Shown: positions 14,333 through 28,200, counted from the stretch's first letter. The stretch is DNA of 64,000 bases from Anaeramoeba ignava BMAN (GCA_028826165.1 JAPDFW010000070.1:868001-932000), one strand, 5' to 3'. Notes: a model not told the origin generated them from the letters alone. Numbers and translations: made by a program.

Positions 14333-17300
14333 TTATTTTTCTTTTTGTTTTTGTTCTTTTTCTTTTTGATTTGAATAACCTATTGAAAAATTAAAATTTG
14401 AATCTTTTTGAATTCTTTCCAAAAGTGGATTTCCTAATAAACCAGGAGTTAAAGCACCTGATTTCCTTTCAAGTTGTTCTAAATCTTGAAGAACACATTC
14501 TGCAGTATGAGTAACTAAAATAGCTGTTGATGTATATGGATCTGGTCCTTTCATTTGATTGACAACTACTTTTTGTGAATTATCTGATGATTGTCCATAT
14601 CCAACAAATGTTGCTTCAAATTTAGATTTTTTTCGTGCTGATTCTGATGGTCCTCCTGCTTTACTTTTAAATAATCCAAGAAATTTTCTTCCAATTCCAA
14701 ATTTCGCAATTTGCAAAACTATTTTTATTATTATTAAAATTATTATTAAAATTATTATTAAAATTATTATTAAATTTATTATTAAAATTATTATTAAAAT
14801 TATTATTAAAATTATTATTAAATTTATTATTAAATTTATTATTAAATTTATTATTAAATTTATTATTAAATTTATTATTAAATTTATTATTAAATTTATT
14901 ATTAAATTTATTATTAAATTTATTATTAAATTTATTATTAAATTTATTATTAAAATTATTATTAAAATTATTATTAAAATTATTATTAAAATTATTATTA
15001 AAATTATTATTTAATTTATTATTAAAATTATTATTAAATTTATTATTAAAATTATTATTAAAATTATTATTAAATTTATTATTAAATTTATTATTAAAAT
15101 TATTATTAAAATTATTATTAAAATTATTAATAAAATTATTATTAAATTTATTATTAAATTTATTATTAAAATTATTATTAAAATTATTATTAAATTTATT
15201 ATTAAATTTATTATTAAATTTATTATTAAAATTATTATTAAATTTATTATTATAATTATTATTAAATTTATTATTAAATTTATTATTAAAATTATTATTA
15301 AATTTATTATTAAAATTATTATTAAATTTATTATTATAATTATTATTAAATTTATTATTAAATTTATTATTAAAATTATTATTAAATTTATTATAAAATT
15401 TATTATTAAATTTATTATTAAAATTATTATTAAAATTATTATTAAAATTATTATTAAATTTATTATTAAATTTATTATTAAATTGATTATTAAATTTATT
15501 ATTAAATTTATTATTAAATTATTATTAAATTTATTATTAAATTTATTATTAAAATTATTATTAAAATTATTATTAAAAATTATTATTAAAATTATTATTA
15601 AAATTATTATTAAATTTATTATTAAATTTATTATTAAATTATTATTAAATTGATTATTATATTGATTATTAAAATTATTATTAAAATTATTATTAAAATT
15701 ATTATTAAAATTATTATTAAAATTATTATTAAAATTATTATTAAAATTATTATTAAATTTATTTAAATTTATTATTAAATTTATTATTAAAATTATTATT
15801 AAAATTATTATTAAATTTATTATTAAAAATTATTAAAAATTATTATTAAAATTATTATTAAATTTATTATTAAATTTATTATTAAATTTATTATTAAATT
15901 TATTATTAAATTTATTATTAAATTTATTATTAAAATTATTATTAAAATTATTATTAAATTATTATTAAATTGATTATTAAATTTATTATTAAATTTATTA
16001 TTAAAATTATTATTAAATTTATTATTAAAAATTATTATTAAAATTAATATTAAAAATTATTATTAAATTTATTATTAAAATTATTATTAAATTTATTATT
16101 AAATTTATTATTAAATTTATTATTAAATTTATTATTAAAATTATTATTAAAATTTATTATTAAATTTATTATTAAAAATATTATTAAATTTATTATTAAA
16201 AATTATTATTAAATTTATTATTAAAATTATTATTAAATTTATTATTAAAATTATTATTAAAATTATTATTAAAATTATTATTAAAATTATTATTAAAAAT
16301 ATTATTAAAATTATTATCAAAATTATTATTAAAATTATTATAAAAATTTATTATTAAATTTATTATTAAATTATTATTAAAATTATTATTAAAATTATTA
16401 TTAAATTTATTATTAAAATTATTATTAAATTTATTATTAAATTTATTATTAAAATTATTATTAAATTTATTATTAAATTTATTATTAAAATTATTATTAA
16501 ATTTATTATAAAATTTATTATTAAATTATTATTAAATTTATTATTAAATTATTATTAAAATTATTATTAAAATTATTAATAAAATTATTATTAAATTTAT
16601 TATTAAAATTATTATTAAAATTATTATTAAAATTATTATTAAATTTATTATTAAAATTATTATTAAATTTATTATTAAAATTATTATTAAATTAATTATT
16701 AAAATTTATTATTAAAATTATTATTAAAATTATTATTAAAAATTATTATTAAAATTATTATTAAAATTATTATTAAAATTATTATTAAAATTATTATTAA
16801 AATTATTATTAAATTTATTATTAAAATTATTATTAAATTTATTATTAAAATTATTATTAAATTTATTATTAAAATTATTATTAAAATTATTATTAAAATT
16901 ATTATTATAATTATTATTAAATTATTATTAAAATTATTATTAAAATTATTATAAAAAATTATTATTAAAATTATTATTAAATTTATTATTAAAATTATTA
17001 TTAAAATTATTATTATATTGATTATGGAAATTAAATTGAAATTGTTTATAAAGTCTACTGAAAAAGAATTTAATAATTGTCCAAAGAAATCTAAAAAAGG
17101 AATTAAAAGCAAGATAATGATGATAACGGAATGTTGGTATTCCTTGAGCAACATCAGAAACATCGTTTGTACGTTGAACAATAGTAGGATCTGAAGAAGA
17201 AAAAGGAAGAACCCAAAGTTTTGAATCCTTATGTTTATGCATACTTGGTCTTTCTTTATATTTTTTAAAAGGATTTGGTTTAACTTGTTTATCGAGATAA

Positions 17301-18199
17301 ATTTGAGATGAAGTTTTTGTATTTGATTTTTTTCCTTTTGATTCTGTTTTGGATTTTGCAACGGAGTTTATTAATGTTCCATATGTTCCGTTTGACATCG
17401 AAATTGTAAAATTAAATATTCCTTCTATTTTCATTACTTTTCCTTTTCCAAATGATTGTTTTGTTAAAAATACTCCAATATCAGCTGGAACAGAATCAAA
17501 TCCACAAGAAAGAACAACAAGAATTCCTTGTTCTTGAATTTGCTTTTGATAATGAGATATAATTTTATTGATAAATAATGGCTCTCCATTGATATCTTTT
17601 AATTTTAAATTTTAAATTTTAATTTTAAATTTTAATTTTGAATTTTAATTTTAAACTTACCAACATAATTTGTTTTGGTTTTAATACAAGCTTTAATAAC
17701 TGTTTCTCCATACATTTGAAAAGGTCTAATAAAAAAATATTCAAATTTTATTTTGAAAAATTTAATCGGAAAATTATTCAAAATAAAATTTTATGTAAAA
17801 TTACCCAACACAATTAATTATAAGTTTTGTTGCATTTGTCATTCTTTCAACAGTTTCTTCTTTTTTGATATCTGCAATTATTGGTTTAATTGATAATTTT
17901 GGCTCAATTTTCTTTGAAAATAACAAAAAAAAATTTTTTTTATTTAGTTTTTTTTTTTGAATTGTTGAGTTTTTTTTATTTTTATTTACCTTCAATTTTT
18001 CCATAACTTTATTAAGTTTCTTTTCATCTCTTCCTGAAATTGTCCATTTGTATTTGGATTGTGGGATTTTTTTTGCGAAATGTTCTGAAATTATTGTTCC
18101 TGTATAACCTGTTGCTCCATAAATTATAATATCAAAAGATTTTGGTTCTAAATTATCAATTTCTTTTTTTTTTTCTTGTTGTTCTTTTTGTTTTTCCAT
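14333..18199 (-). CDS. SCCPDH: Saccharopine dehydrogenase-like oxidoreductase (SCCPDH family), 5 exons
   Basis: IIYGATGYTG Rossmann motif; spliced INCVGPFQMYGETVIKAC...YVDINGEP; SCGFDSVPADIG. The last intron, 14719-17058, joins FFF|ILQIAKFG in frame. Confidence 0.9.
14719..17058 (-). repeat. 2.34-kb intron filled with a 12-mer (AATAATAATTTT / AATAATAAATTT)n
   Basis: GTAGAC...AATAG boundaries enclose the array. Confidence 0.9.
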
Positions 18200-18289
18200 T
18201 TAAATGAGAAAATGAAAGAAAAAAATGAAAAAAAATTTTCCACTTTTTTGTTTTTGATTTATTTTTTTTTTTCTTAATTAGATTCACTT

Positions 18290-19070
18290 CTAAATTCAAT
18301 TTTAAACTCAAATTGATTTTGATTTTGATTTTGAATTTTATTTTGAATTTGATTTTGATTTTGATTTTGATTTTGATTTTGAATTGGATTTTGATTTTGA
18401 TTTTGATTTTGATTTTGATTTTGATTTTGATTTTGAATTTGATTTAGATTTTGATTTTGATTTTGATTTTGATTTTGAATTTTGATTTTGATTTTGATTT
18501 TGATTTTGATTTTGATTTTGATTTTGATTTTGATTTTGAAATTGATTTTGATTTTGATTTTGATTTTGATTTTGATTTTGATTTTGATTTTGATTTTGAT
18601 TTTGATTTTGATTTTCAATTTGATTTTGATTTTCATTTTGATTTTGAATTCCGATTCAAAAGCATTTTTTGATTTTGATTTTGATTTTGATTTTTGATTT
18701 TGATTTTGATTTTGATTTTGATTTTTTAATTTTTGATTTTGAATTTGATTTTGATTTTGATTTTGATTTTGATTTTGATTTTTGATTTTGATTTTGATTT
18801 TGATTTTGATTTTGATTTTGATTTTGATTTTGATTTTGATTTTGATTTTGATTTTGATTTTGATTTTGATTTTGATTTTGATTTTGATTTTGATTTTGAT
18901 TTTGATTTTGATTTTGATTTTGATTTTGATTTTGATTTTGATTTTGATTTTGATTTTGATTTTGATTTTGATTTTGATTTTGATTTTGATTTTGATTTTG
19001 ATTTTTATTTTGATTTTGATTTTGATTTTGATTTTGAATTTGATTTTGATTTTGATTTTGATTTTTGAAA
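18290..19070. repeat. (GATTTT)n hexamer array, possibly partly coding (KS or NQ tail of the 19005-19626 gene)
   Basis: Directly visible; contiguous with the 3' end of the CFAP97-like reading frame. Confidence 0.9.
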
Positions 19071-19626
19071 TTTATTTGATCTTGAATTTTTTTTGATTAA
19101 ATTTTTTTTAATTAGATTATCCTTTTTAGGAATTGTAGATTTTTGAGAAATTATTCCCCAAGCAATTTTCATATTTTCTTGATTAATTTTACTTTTTATT
19201 TTTTTAAAATTTAAGTTAAGTTAATTTAATTTAATTTAAAAAAACTTACTCAAATTCTTTTTTTCTAAGATTTTCATTCATTGATCTTGAATATTTTAAT
19301 GAATGATTAATATTATCAATTGAACCTTTTTTTAAAGAAATTTCTCTAATTTTTTGGATCATTTTTTGATTTTCTTTATCAATTTCAAGTTGTCGATCTT
19401 ATTTTTGTTTATTTATAAATGTCAAATGTTTTTTTTAAAAATGTTTTTTTTTATTTTTTATTTTTATTTTACTTCGATAAGGTTTTAGATTTAAATTTAT
19501 CCTTTTTTGTTTATAAATCTTTTCTATATTTGAAATATTTGAAATATTTGATTTCGAATTGAAATTTAATTTGGAATTTAAAGTGGAATTTTGTTTTTGA
19601 ATTTTAAAAAGATTTTGTTTGATCAT
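19005..19626 (-). CDS. CFAP97/KIAA1430 (Hemingway)-domain protein, 3 exons
   Basis: Introns 19398-19472 and 19192-19249 give NRQLEIDKENQKMIQKIREI...SMNENLRKKEFDKINQENMKIAWGIISQKS, which has the paired I..EN motifs of the CFAP97 family. Stop as written at 19005-19007. Confidence 0.65.
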
Positions 19627-19806
19627 TTTTTTTTTTTTGATCTAAAAAGAAAATTGATTTTTATTTTTGTTTTTTTTTTTTTGTTTAAATATTAAATCTT
19701 TAAAAAAAAAACATTTGTAAAAGTCAATTTAATTTAATTTAATTTTTTTTTTCCGATTTTTTTTATTTTTTTTTTCATTTTTTTTTTTCATTTTTTTTTT
19801 TGAATA

Positions 19807-22800
19807 ATGAAAATTAATCTTTTTTTCTTTTTTTTATTATTTTTCATTTTTGTTTTTTCAACAAGAAATTTTGCATCAGTTTATTGGGAATATAATGATT
19901 ATCAAATTGAATTTGGAATAGCAGATCCAACAGCAATTTGTTATGGAATTTTTAGTGATACACTTTTCGAAATTGGTTTGATGATTTAATTTCGAAAAAA
20001 AAAAAAGCAAAAAAAAATTTAATTTAAAATTTAAAAAAATCAAATTTATAAAAAGGAACTTCTAAATTACACATTTATACAAATTCAACATATAATGATT
20101 CAATTCAAATGTATGCAGCAGGTTTTGTTGAAGGAGCTTTAACTCAACAAGCAATTTGGGATTTTTTTACAAATTGGAAAATTCTCTTTTTGCAAGATTT
20201 TAATACAACAATTTGGCCTGAAAAAATTATGACGTTTATGAATGATAATCAAGATTATTTAATTGAGCAATGCGGTTATCAAAACCAAACAGAATATATA
20301 AAACAAATTTGTTTGAATTATCAACAATTTCTTGGATTAATTAAAGGATATCAGTATGAGGCTTCTCCTGATAAAATGATGAATTATCTTGATTTTTGGA
20401 TGTTAAATTCTGATGGAGATCTTTCATGTAATTCAATAATATTTTCCAAATTAAATATTTTATAAATTAATTCTAAATATTATTTATAAATAAAAGCTTT
20501 GTCTGTTGCTTTATATTCACTTTCTGATGATCCAAAAGAACAAGAATGGGCTAAAAATAAAATTAATAATATTGTATGGAAAGAAACAAACAGTCATTGT
20601 AAATTTCTTATTAGTTCAATTTATTTAAAGCCAAATTCATTGTTTTTATTGAGCCAAAAAAATTTTATATATTTAATCAAATAGGTACTGCACTTGTTAA
20701 GGTTTTAGATGGAAATACTGATATTTTATTTGGTCATGATACTTGGGAATTTTTTTCTTCACTTTCCCGAATTTGGAAAGAATATAACTTTCAATTAAGT
20801 TCTGTAAAAGCTGAAACAATTATGTTTTCTTCTTATCCTGGTTTTATTTCTTCTGTTGATGATTTTTATCTCACTTCACGTAAAAAAAAATTCAAATTCA
20901 AATTCAAATTCAAATTCAAATTCAAATTCAAAATCAAAATCAAATTCAAAATAAAAATCAAAATCAAAATCAAAATCAAAATCAAAATCAAATTCAAAAT
21001 CAAAATCAAAATCAAATTCAAAATCAAAATCAAAATCAAAATCAAAATCAATTTTAGAATCGCTTGGAGTTTTGGAAACAACAATTCATGCTTGGAATTT
21101 AACTTTATTTCAGGAATATCTTATACCACAAACATTTTTAACGTGGATTCGTGTTCAAGCAGTAAATAGATTATCTGCATCTGGGCAAGAATGGACAAAT
21201 TTAATGGATTCAATAAATAGTGGAACTTATAATTGCCAATGGGTAAATATTATTTGTGAAAAATTTTTTTATTAGCATTTCTATGTATTTATCTATATTT
21301 GTTTAATTATTTGTTTAATTAATTAATTGATTAATTGATTGATAGTTGATTTTGGATTACAAACTATTTAATAAAGGAAGTGCTTTACAAGATAATTTAC
21401 TTTGGGTCACAGGTATGAAAATAAATAATATTCCAATTTCTAATTTCAATTTCTAATTTAATTTTTAACAGAATTAATTCCTGGATATACTTGGGCTGAT
21501 GATCAAACATTTTGGTTAAGAAATAGAACATGGTATCCTTCATTTAATAGACCAAGTAATCCATTTATATTTAATATTTCAGGATATGAACACAGGGTTG
21601 AAACAGTAATTTATAATTTATAAATTAAAAATATAAATCAAAAATCAAAAATCAAAAATATAAATCAAAAAATAATCCATTTATATTTAAAATTTCAAAA
21701 ATATAAATCAAAAATCAAAAATAAAAATCAAAAATTATAAAATCAAAAATCAAAAATCAAAAATATAAATCAAAAATCAAAAATCAAAAATATAAATCAA
21801 AAATCTAAATCAAAAATCATAAATCAAAAATCTAAATCAAAAATCTAAATCAAAAATCAAAAATCAAAAATATAAATCAAAAATATAAATCAAAAATTAT
21901 AAAATCAAAAATATAAATTAAAAATATAAATTAAAAATATAAATTATAAATCAAAAATCAAAAATCAAAAATCAAAAATTAGGAAGGGATTGATTGGTCG
22001 TAAGTGCAAAAAATTTCATAAACAATTTAAATTGAAATTGATATTTAATTCCAATTCCTTAAATTAAAATTTATTTAAAAAAGATACTGGAATTGTACAA
22101 GAATGTTAATAATGGAAAGAGATGTTAATGAAAAAGTTTATAGTTATGAAACATTTAAAGAAATGATGAGATATAATCATTATCAAGATGATCCATTATC
22201 ACATGGAGATCCTGGAAATACTATTGCACCTAGATATGATTTAAGAGTTGAAAATTCAAGTTGCTTGTAAGAAAATTATATTATTAATAAAAAAAAACAA
22301 ATTAATTAATTAATTAATTAATTAATTTTTTTATTTTCAATTTCCAAATAGTGGGGCTTTGTATAATATCAAATATTTTATCAAATAATTTTATCAAATA
22401 TTTTATCAATAATTTATTAAATAATTTATTAAATAATTTATTTAGGGATTGTAAATCACTAAGTTATCTTGAAGCATTAAATTTACAATTTTCAGCAGTT
22501 TCTTCACCAGTTCATAAATATGTTCCAGTTTTTACATTTGAAGGTATAAAGAACAAAATAATGAAATAAAATAATAAAATAACAAAATAATAAAATAATA
22601 AAACCAAAAGGGAAATGGAATAATTTCCCACGACAAGGACTTCCTATAACATGGGAATTTCCATGGCACAATTTTGAATCAGTTAAAACAACAACATGTG
22701 GAGATTATGAAACATGCGAAGAATGTATTCAATCAAGTTCTTGTGGATGGTGTGAAGAAAGATGCTTAAAATATCCAGTTCTTGTTGGTGAAACTAATTT

Positions 22801-23041
22801 ATGTTTAAGTGATAATTGGCAAATTAACCAATGTTCAAGTGTTAATCCTTCTCAAAGTAATTCTAAAAGTATCTCAACTGGTGCTTGGATTGGAATTGTT
22901 TTTGGTGTTTCTATTTTTTGTGGTGTTTTGGTTGGAATTATTGTTTTTTTCTTTCCTAAAAAAAAATCAAAGAAAGAAACTTATGATAAAATACCAAATC
23001 AACAATTAAAAGAAAGAAAAGATGAAGAAGATTTTAATTAA
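19807..23041 (+). CDS. Phospholipase B-like Ntn-hydrolase with C-terminal PSI-like domain, TM helix and YxxPhi tail; multi-exon with 17- and 9-nt microexons
   Basis: Signal peptide; YAAGFVEGALT; spliced SHC|TALVK...FGHDTW; FSSYPGFISSVDDFY; NSGTYNCQW; MRYNHYQDDP; PRYDL...FGALDCK; CGWC cysteine domain; TM; YDKI. Confidence 0.9.
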
Positions 23042-23723
23042 GAAAGAAAGAAAGAGAAATTGTTTTCGAATTTTCCATTTTTGATTTTTGATTTTCAAAA
23101 GATAAACAAAAAGATTTTCTTTTGAATTTGATTTTGATTTTGATTTTAATTTTGATTTTGATTTTAATTTTAAATTTAAATTTTAATTTTATTTTGATTT
23201 TGATTTTAATTTTATTTTTGATTTTGAATTTGATTTTGATTTTGATTTTAAATTTTAATAGAAATATTTCCTCAATTTAGTATGATATTTTTGATTACAA
23301 AAACACATTGTCAAATAATGAGGAATTTTTTAAATTTAAATTTTAAAAATTTTAAATTGCTTTTTTTTTTCTTTCTTTCTTGCATTTTTCTTCGAAATTG
23401 TTTGTATTTTAAATAACAACAACACGCGGTTAAAATGCTTTATATTTTTTTTTTAAAAATGAAAAAAAAAAAATGAAAAAAAAAAATAATTTTAAAAGAT
23501 TTTTTTTTATAAAAGAAAAGAAAAAAAAGAAATAAAATAAACCTATCAAAAAAAACTTGAAAGAGAAACTAGAAAACGAAAAATGAGAAGATTGATAGAA
23601 TATACGCAAAAAAGAGAAGAAGAATCAAAAGTGGAAAAAAAGCAAAAAAAAAAAGAAACATCTTTAAGGAAAAAAAACAGAAAAAAAACGTCTTTTAAAG
23701 AAAAAAAAGGTTGATTTAGTAAT

Positions 23724-24786
23724 TTAGCAGCATTTAGTTTTCTTATTAGAAGAAGGATGAGTTTTAAGATTTTTAATTCTGTTTGGATCATCAACTTCAT
23801 TAATTTCTTTTGGTTTTTTACCGAATTTAGAATGATAAGCCTCGCCAACTTCTTCCCAAAGTTGCGCAATGTTTTGGCCTGTTTTTGATGATGTCTCTAA
23901 AAATTTTGCATGAAGTTCGTTGGCTTTCCTTCTTCCTTCTTCTGTAGTAACGACTCGAGCTGTGATGTTATCTTCAACAAGATCTAACTTGGTTCCAATA
24001 AGAATCGAAAATACATCCGGACTTGAAAGAACTAATTTTTCTGTGAAACGAGAAATTCCTTCAAAGCTTTTCCGATTAGTTATATCTTTATTGTTTTTTA
24101 TTCATGTTTTTTTTATTCCAAGTTTTAGTCCTTTTTTTTAATTTTCAACCCAAAATTTTATTTTATTTGAAATTTTGTTTTTTTTTACCATAAACAATTA
24201 AAGCGCAACCAGCGCCTCGATAATAAAAGGTTGATATAGAATCAAATTCCTCTTTTTATTTTGAAAATGTTTTATGTTTTAGATTATATTTTTTTTTTGG
24301 ATTTTTTTAATAAAAAGATGATAAAATGATAATTACCTTCACCTTTTTTTTTTTAAATTAAAAAATTTACAAACATATTTATTATTATTTTTATATTTAT
24401 TATTATTATTATATTTATATTTATTATTATATTTATAATTACCAGCAGTATCCCAAATACCAAAGAAATAATCTGCCCCAGTTTTACTTTTATATTCTTT
24501 TGCTAAACAGAAAAAGCAAAAGAAGAAACACAATTAAAATTTTTGGAGATTTTTAATTGAATTTTTAATTAAATTTTAAATTTTAAATTAAATTTTAAAT
24601 TAAAATTTTAAAATTAAATTTTTAAAATTAATTTTTAAATTAATTTAATTTACTATTATAACTTAAATTTGTTGGTTTTGTTGATTCTTCTTTTTCGTCA
24701 AATGAATTGTAAATTATTCTTTTCATTAAACAAGTTTTTCCTGCTCTTGATTCTCCAAGAAATATAATTTTTAAATTAATTTCCAT
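23724..24786 (-). CDS. Rab GTPase, Rab24-like, 5 exons including a 6-nt microexon
   Basis: GESRAGKT, WDTAGEE, YYRGA, GTKLDL and ETSSKTG; GTKxDL and ETSSKTG are Rab24-type. C-terminal KTKCC* is restored by adding one A to an A-run near 23810. Confidence 0.85.
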
Positions 24787-25252
24787 TATACTTTTTATTA
24801 TTAAAAAAAGGGGATAAAAAAAAATGAAAATTTAAAAAAAAAAAATAAAAATTAAAATTGAAAAAAAAAAAATGAGAAAAATATTTTTCTAATTAAAAAG
24901 TTCTATTTTTTTTTGTTTTAAAATAAAAGAATTATTTAATTATTAAATTAAATTAATTCATCAAATTATTTAAAATCAAAGTCATTAATCAAAATTTTAT
25001 TTTTTTTATTTTTATTTTTAAAAAGATTTAGAAAAAAAAAAATTGTTTTCTCATTTTTCAAATTATTCAAAAAAAAAAAAAAAGAAAATATCAAAAAGAA
25101 AAGTATTTTTAATGGATCTAAAATTAAGAAGTAAAAAGAAATGAATTGAAAAAAGAAAAAAAGAAATGAATTGAAAAAAAAAAGAAAAGAAGAAAAAAGA
25201 AGAAAAAAGAAGAAAAAGAAATTCTCTTCTTTATTATGAGTTAAATGAAAAC

Positions 25253-28200
25253 TCAAACCATTTTTTCCATATAATAACGTTTCAAACCAATCCAAAGGAA
25301 AACACCTCCAAAGATCAAAACAGAAAGGAACTGACCACCAACCAAAACAGAGGTTTCTCTTGCTTGAGTATGACTAACTTCGAAGGAAACGAAAGGGGTG
25401 AGTTCTTCAGGATTTGAAGTCAATCTGTCGATTATTCTGTAGATATTAAATGTGTAAATTCCAGTTTTGGCTTCTTCATGATCTAAAGAATAAGTGAGTT
25501 GATAAGAATTGTTTTCTTGGCTAACAGAAATAGCAATGTCTTCGGCAATGGAGAAAGGCTCGTGTTTATTTTTGCCTTGATATAAAATGGATGCGTATAA
25601 TCGAGCGTTATTAAGATTTTCTGTTTGGCATGAAAGTTCGAAAGAAAGAACGAAAATTGTTTTAAGAAAGTTTTTTGTTTTTGTGGAGTAAGAAGTGGGT
25701 TGGGCTTCAATTAAACCACCAATTTCGATATCATAGAGAACAGGCGATTGTTCATCATCAATTTTGTAAATTTCCATTGGAACTTCGTCAATTGTTCTCC
25801 ACAAAATGCGCAATTCGCATTCTCCACGAATTGTGTTTGAAGTGATTGTCCAATCGAAGATGAAGTAGTGAGCAAAATTGACAACTGAACCAACAACGGC
25901 TGTTGAGAATTCGTTGTTGATATCGAAGTTTTTCTTGCGGATTTCCATGAAAACTCCGTTGTTTTCTCTGATCATCTGGGGATACACATCGCGATCTTCT
26001 TTGATAATTTGACCGCTGATAAGATCTTTGAGCTGGAACTTGAAGTGGACTGTGTTTCCAAAACGGAAGTCTTCGGTAAAGTTAGGGCTCTTTTTGATTT
26101 CGACCATTTGGAGCTTAGCATCCACATCAAAGGAGAGTTTTTGGTCGAGTTCATCTTGGGCAAGAATGTTATATTGGACAAGTTCTGAGGGTGTTGAATC
26201 TGCAGCTACGTATTGGAATGTGAGGAAGTTCTTTCCGATGAAGTTCATTTGAGGAGGTATTTTGAAGCGGAATGTAAGTTGGAGTTTATCATCGACACTA
26301 CTTGTTTTTGTTGCCTTGATGCGTTTCACAACGCTGCCAGTTTCTGTTGTGAGGAGGAGATGGAAATTTCTTTGATTGTTCTCGAACTTTGTGTTGTCGG
26401 GGAGAATATATTCTTGGTCTTTTTCTTTTTCCTGATTTTCGTATGAGAAGTATGATATTTTGCGCTGAGGAGAGAGCATTGCTGGAATCATGCTAACTTC
26501 GATTGTTTCCTTGAATTTGTACTTGTGGTTGGAGTTTTCTTTTTCGTCTGCAAAGTTGAGTTCAGTTGCTATTGGGAGGTTGTCGAATTTATATATGATT
26601 TCTTCTTGTGTGAATATTCCCTTTTCGGGATTGCCCACTTCAAAGCGGAAGAAGATATTTCCTGGTGCAATTGCGCCGTGAGTGTCGTCGAGTTTGTAGT
26701 TGAAGTGAAGTCCTTCGCTTGCCATTAATTCTGAATTAATTTTTTGGAAGTACAGCATCGTGTTTGAGGAATCGAGCACAGAAAGCGAAACTGAGAAGTC
26801 TCCCTGACGAATTCCGTGCTGTGTGAGTGTGTTGAGTTGAACCTCGAAACCGAATTCAGTGCCGATCGCAACAACCTCATTTGGTTGGATGACGTTTCCG
26901 ATATACATTGCTTGTGGAGTGACGATCATCTCAAATCCGACGGAGTATTCCCGACTTGTTTGGAATTGAATTGAGCCAATTCCTGGGAAATATGAAGTTG
27001 CTGTTGCTTTGATTCCCAATTTGCCGAATCGTCCCTTTGTTGAGACAAGCGAATCTGAAATGTATTTTCCGTATTCTTGTTTGTAGAGGAGATCGTATGT
27101 TTGGGTTCTTTGTTCTGAGATTTGTGTCTCTGCTTGTATTTTGAATCCTGTGTGTGGCTTTTCGTTAAATGTTGTGATTTCCAAGTTGATTGCGCAATCT
27201 GTTCCTTCGATTATGAAGTTTTCGCGAGCTGAGATGTGTTCTTGAAGAGGCTTGCATTCGAGGGAAGTTTCCAAGAATTGTGATAATTCTCCCATAACAA
27301 CAATTCCGTAGTGTGCAAGTGCAACTGATTCGAGGTCTTTGCTTGATTCGATTAAGTATTTCATTGCGTTTTTCTTGTCGATGAGGTTCATGTAGTTTGT
27401 GTCTTTATTTTTGTTCATTTCGGAAAGGATTTTAAGGGAATCTATTGCGAATATTGTGTTTTGCAATGAAGTTTCAAGTTTTTTTGGGCTTTCATAAAAG
27501 CCTCCAATCTAAAAATAATAAGTAAAAATAAAAATAAAAAATTGAAAATAGAAATTAATAATAAATAAAAATAAAAAATTGAAAATAGAAATTAATAAAT
27601 AAAGTTATTTACATCTTCTTCTGTTTCTGTGCATTGATGAGAAACAATAAATGAAGCCCATTGATCAGTATCATTGATTTGGAGCCCCAAAGTTGATGCC
27701 AAATATAATCCATAATAATTGCTTTCAATTAAATTCTTGCTATTTGGGAAATTGAAGAGAAATTCTCCTTTTGGATTTTTTTGGATGCTTGTTTTCAAAA
27801 ATTGTTTGAGAAAGTTCTTGCTTTCTTGGATATAACCAGCGCTATTGTCCTTCATAAATTCCAATGATTTGAAAACATAATAAGTTGATACAATATCTCC
27901 TCTTCCTCCAATTTGGTTGGAAAACATTTTCAAATCTCGATCGTAAATTGATTGGAAAAAGTTACTAATTTGTTGATTTTCAGGGATGCTTGCAGTTCCT
28001 AATAACTGATAACTCCAAAGAGCATAGAAAACAGCTTGAACATCACTTGGGATTCCTGCATGGAAACTATATCCATAATCTTTGTTTTTTAATCCATGAA
28101 TAAATTGTTCTGCAAGTGAGATATTTATCTATTTGAAAAACAAAATGAAAAATTTAGAAAAGAAAAGAAAAGAAAAGAAAAGAAAAGAAAAGAAAAGGAA

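Noticed and set aside
23270-23440. Possible C/D snoRNA or regulatory island (ACACGCGGTT) between the PLB and Rab24 genes
   Set aside because: No proper box C/D pair or terminal stem; a single short GC island is insufficient.
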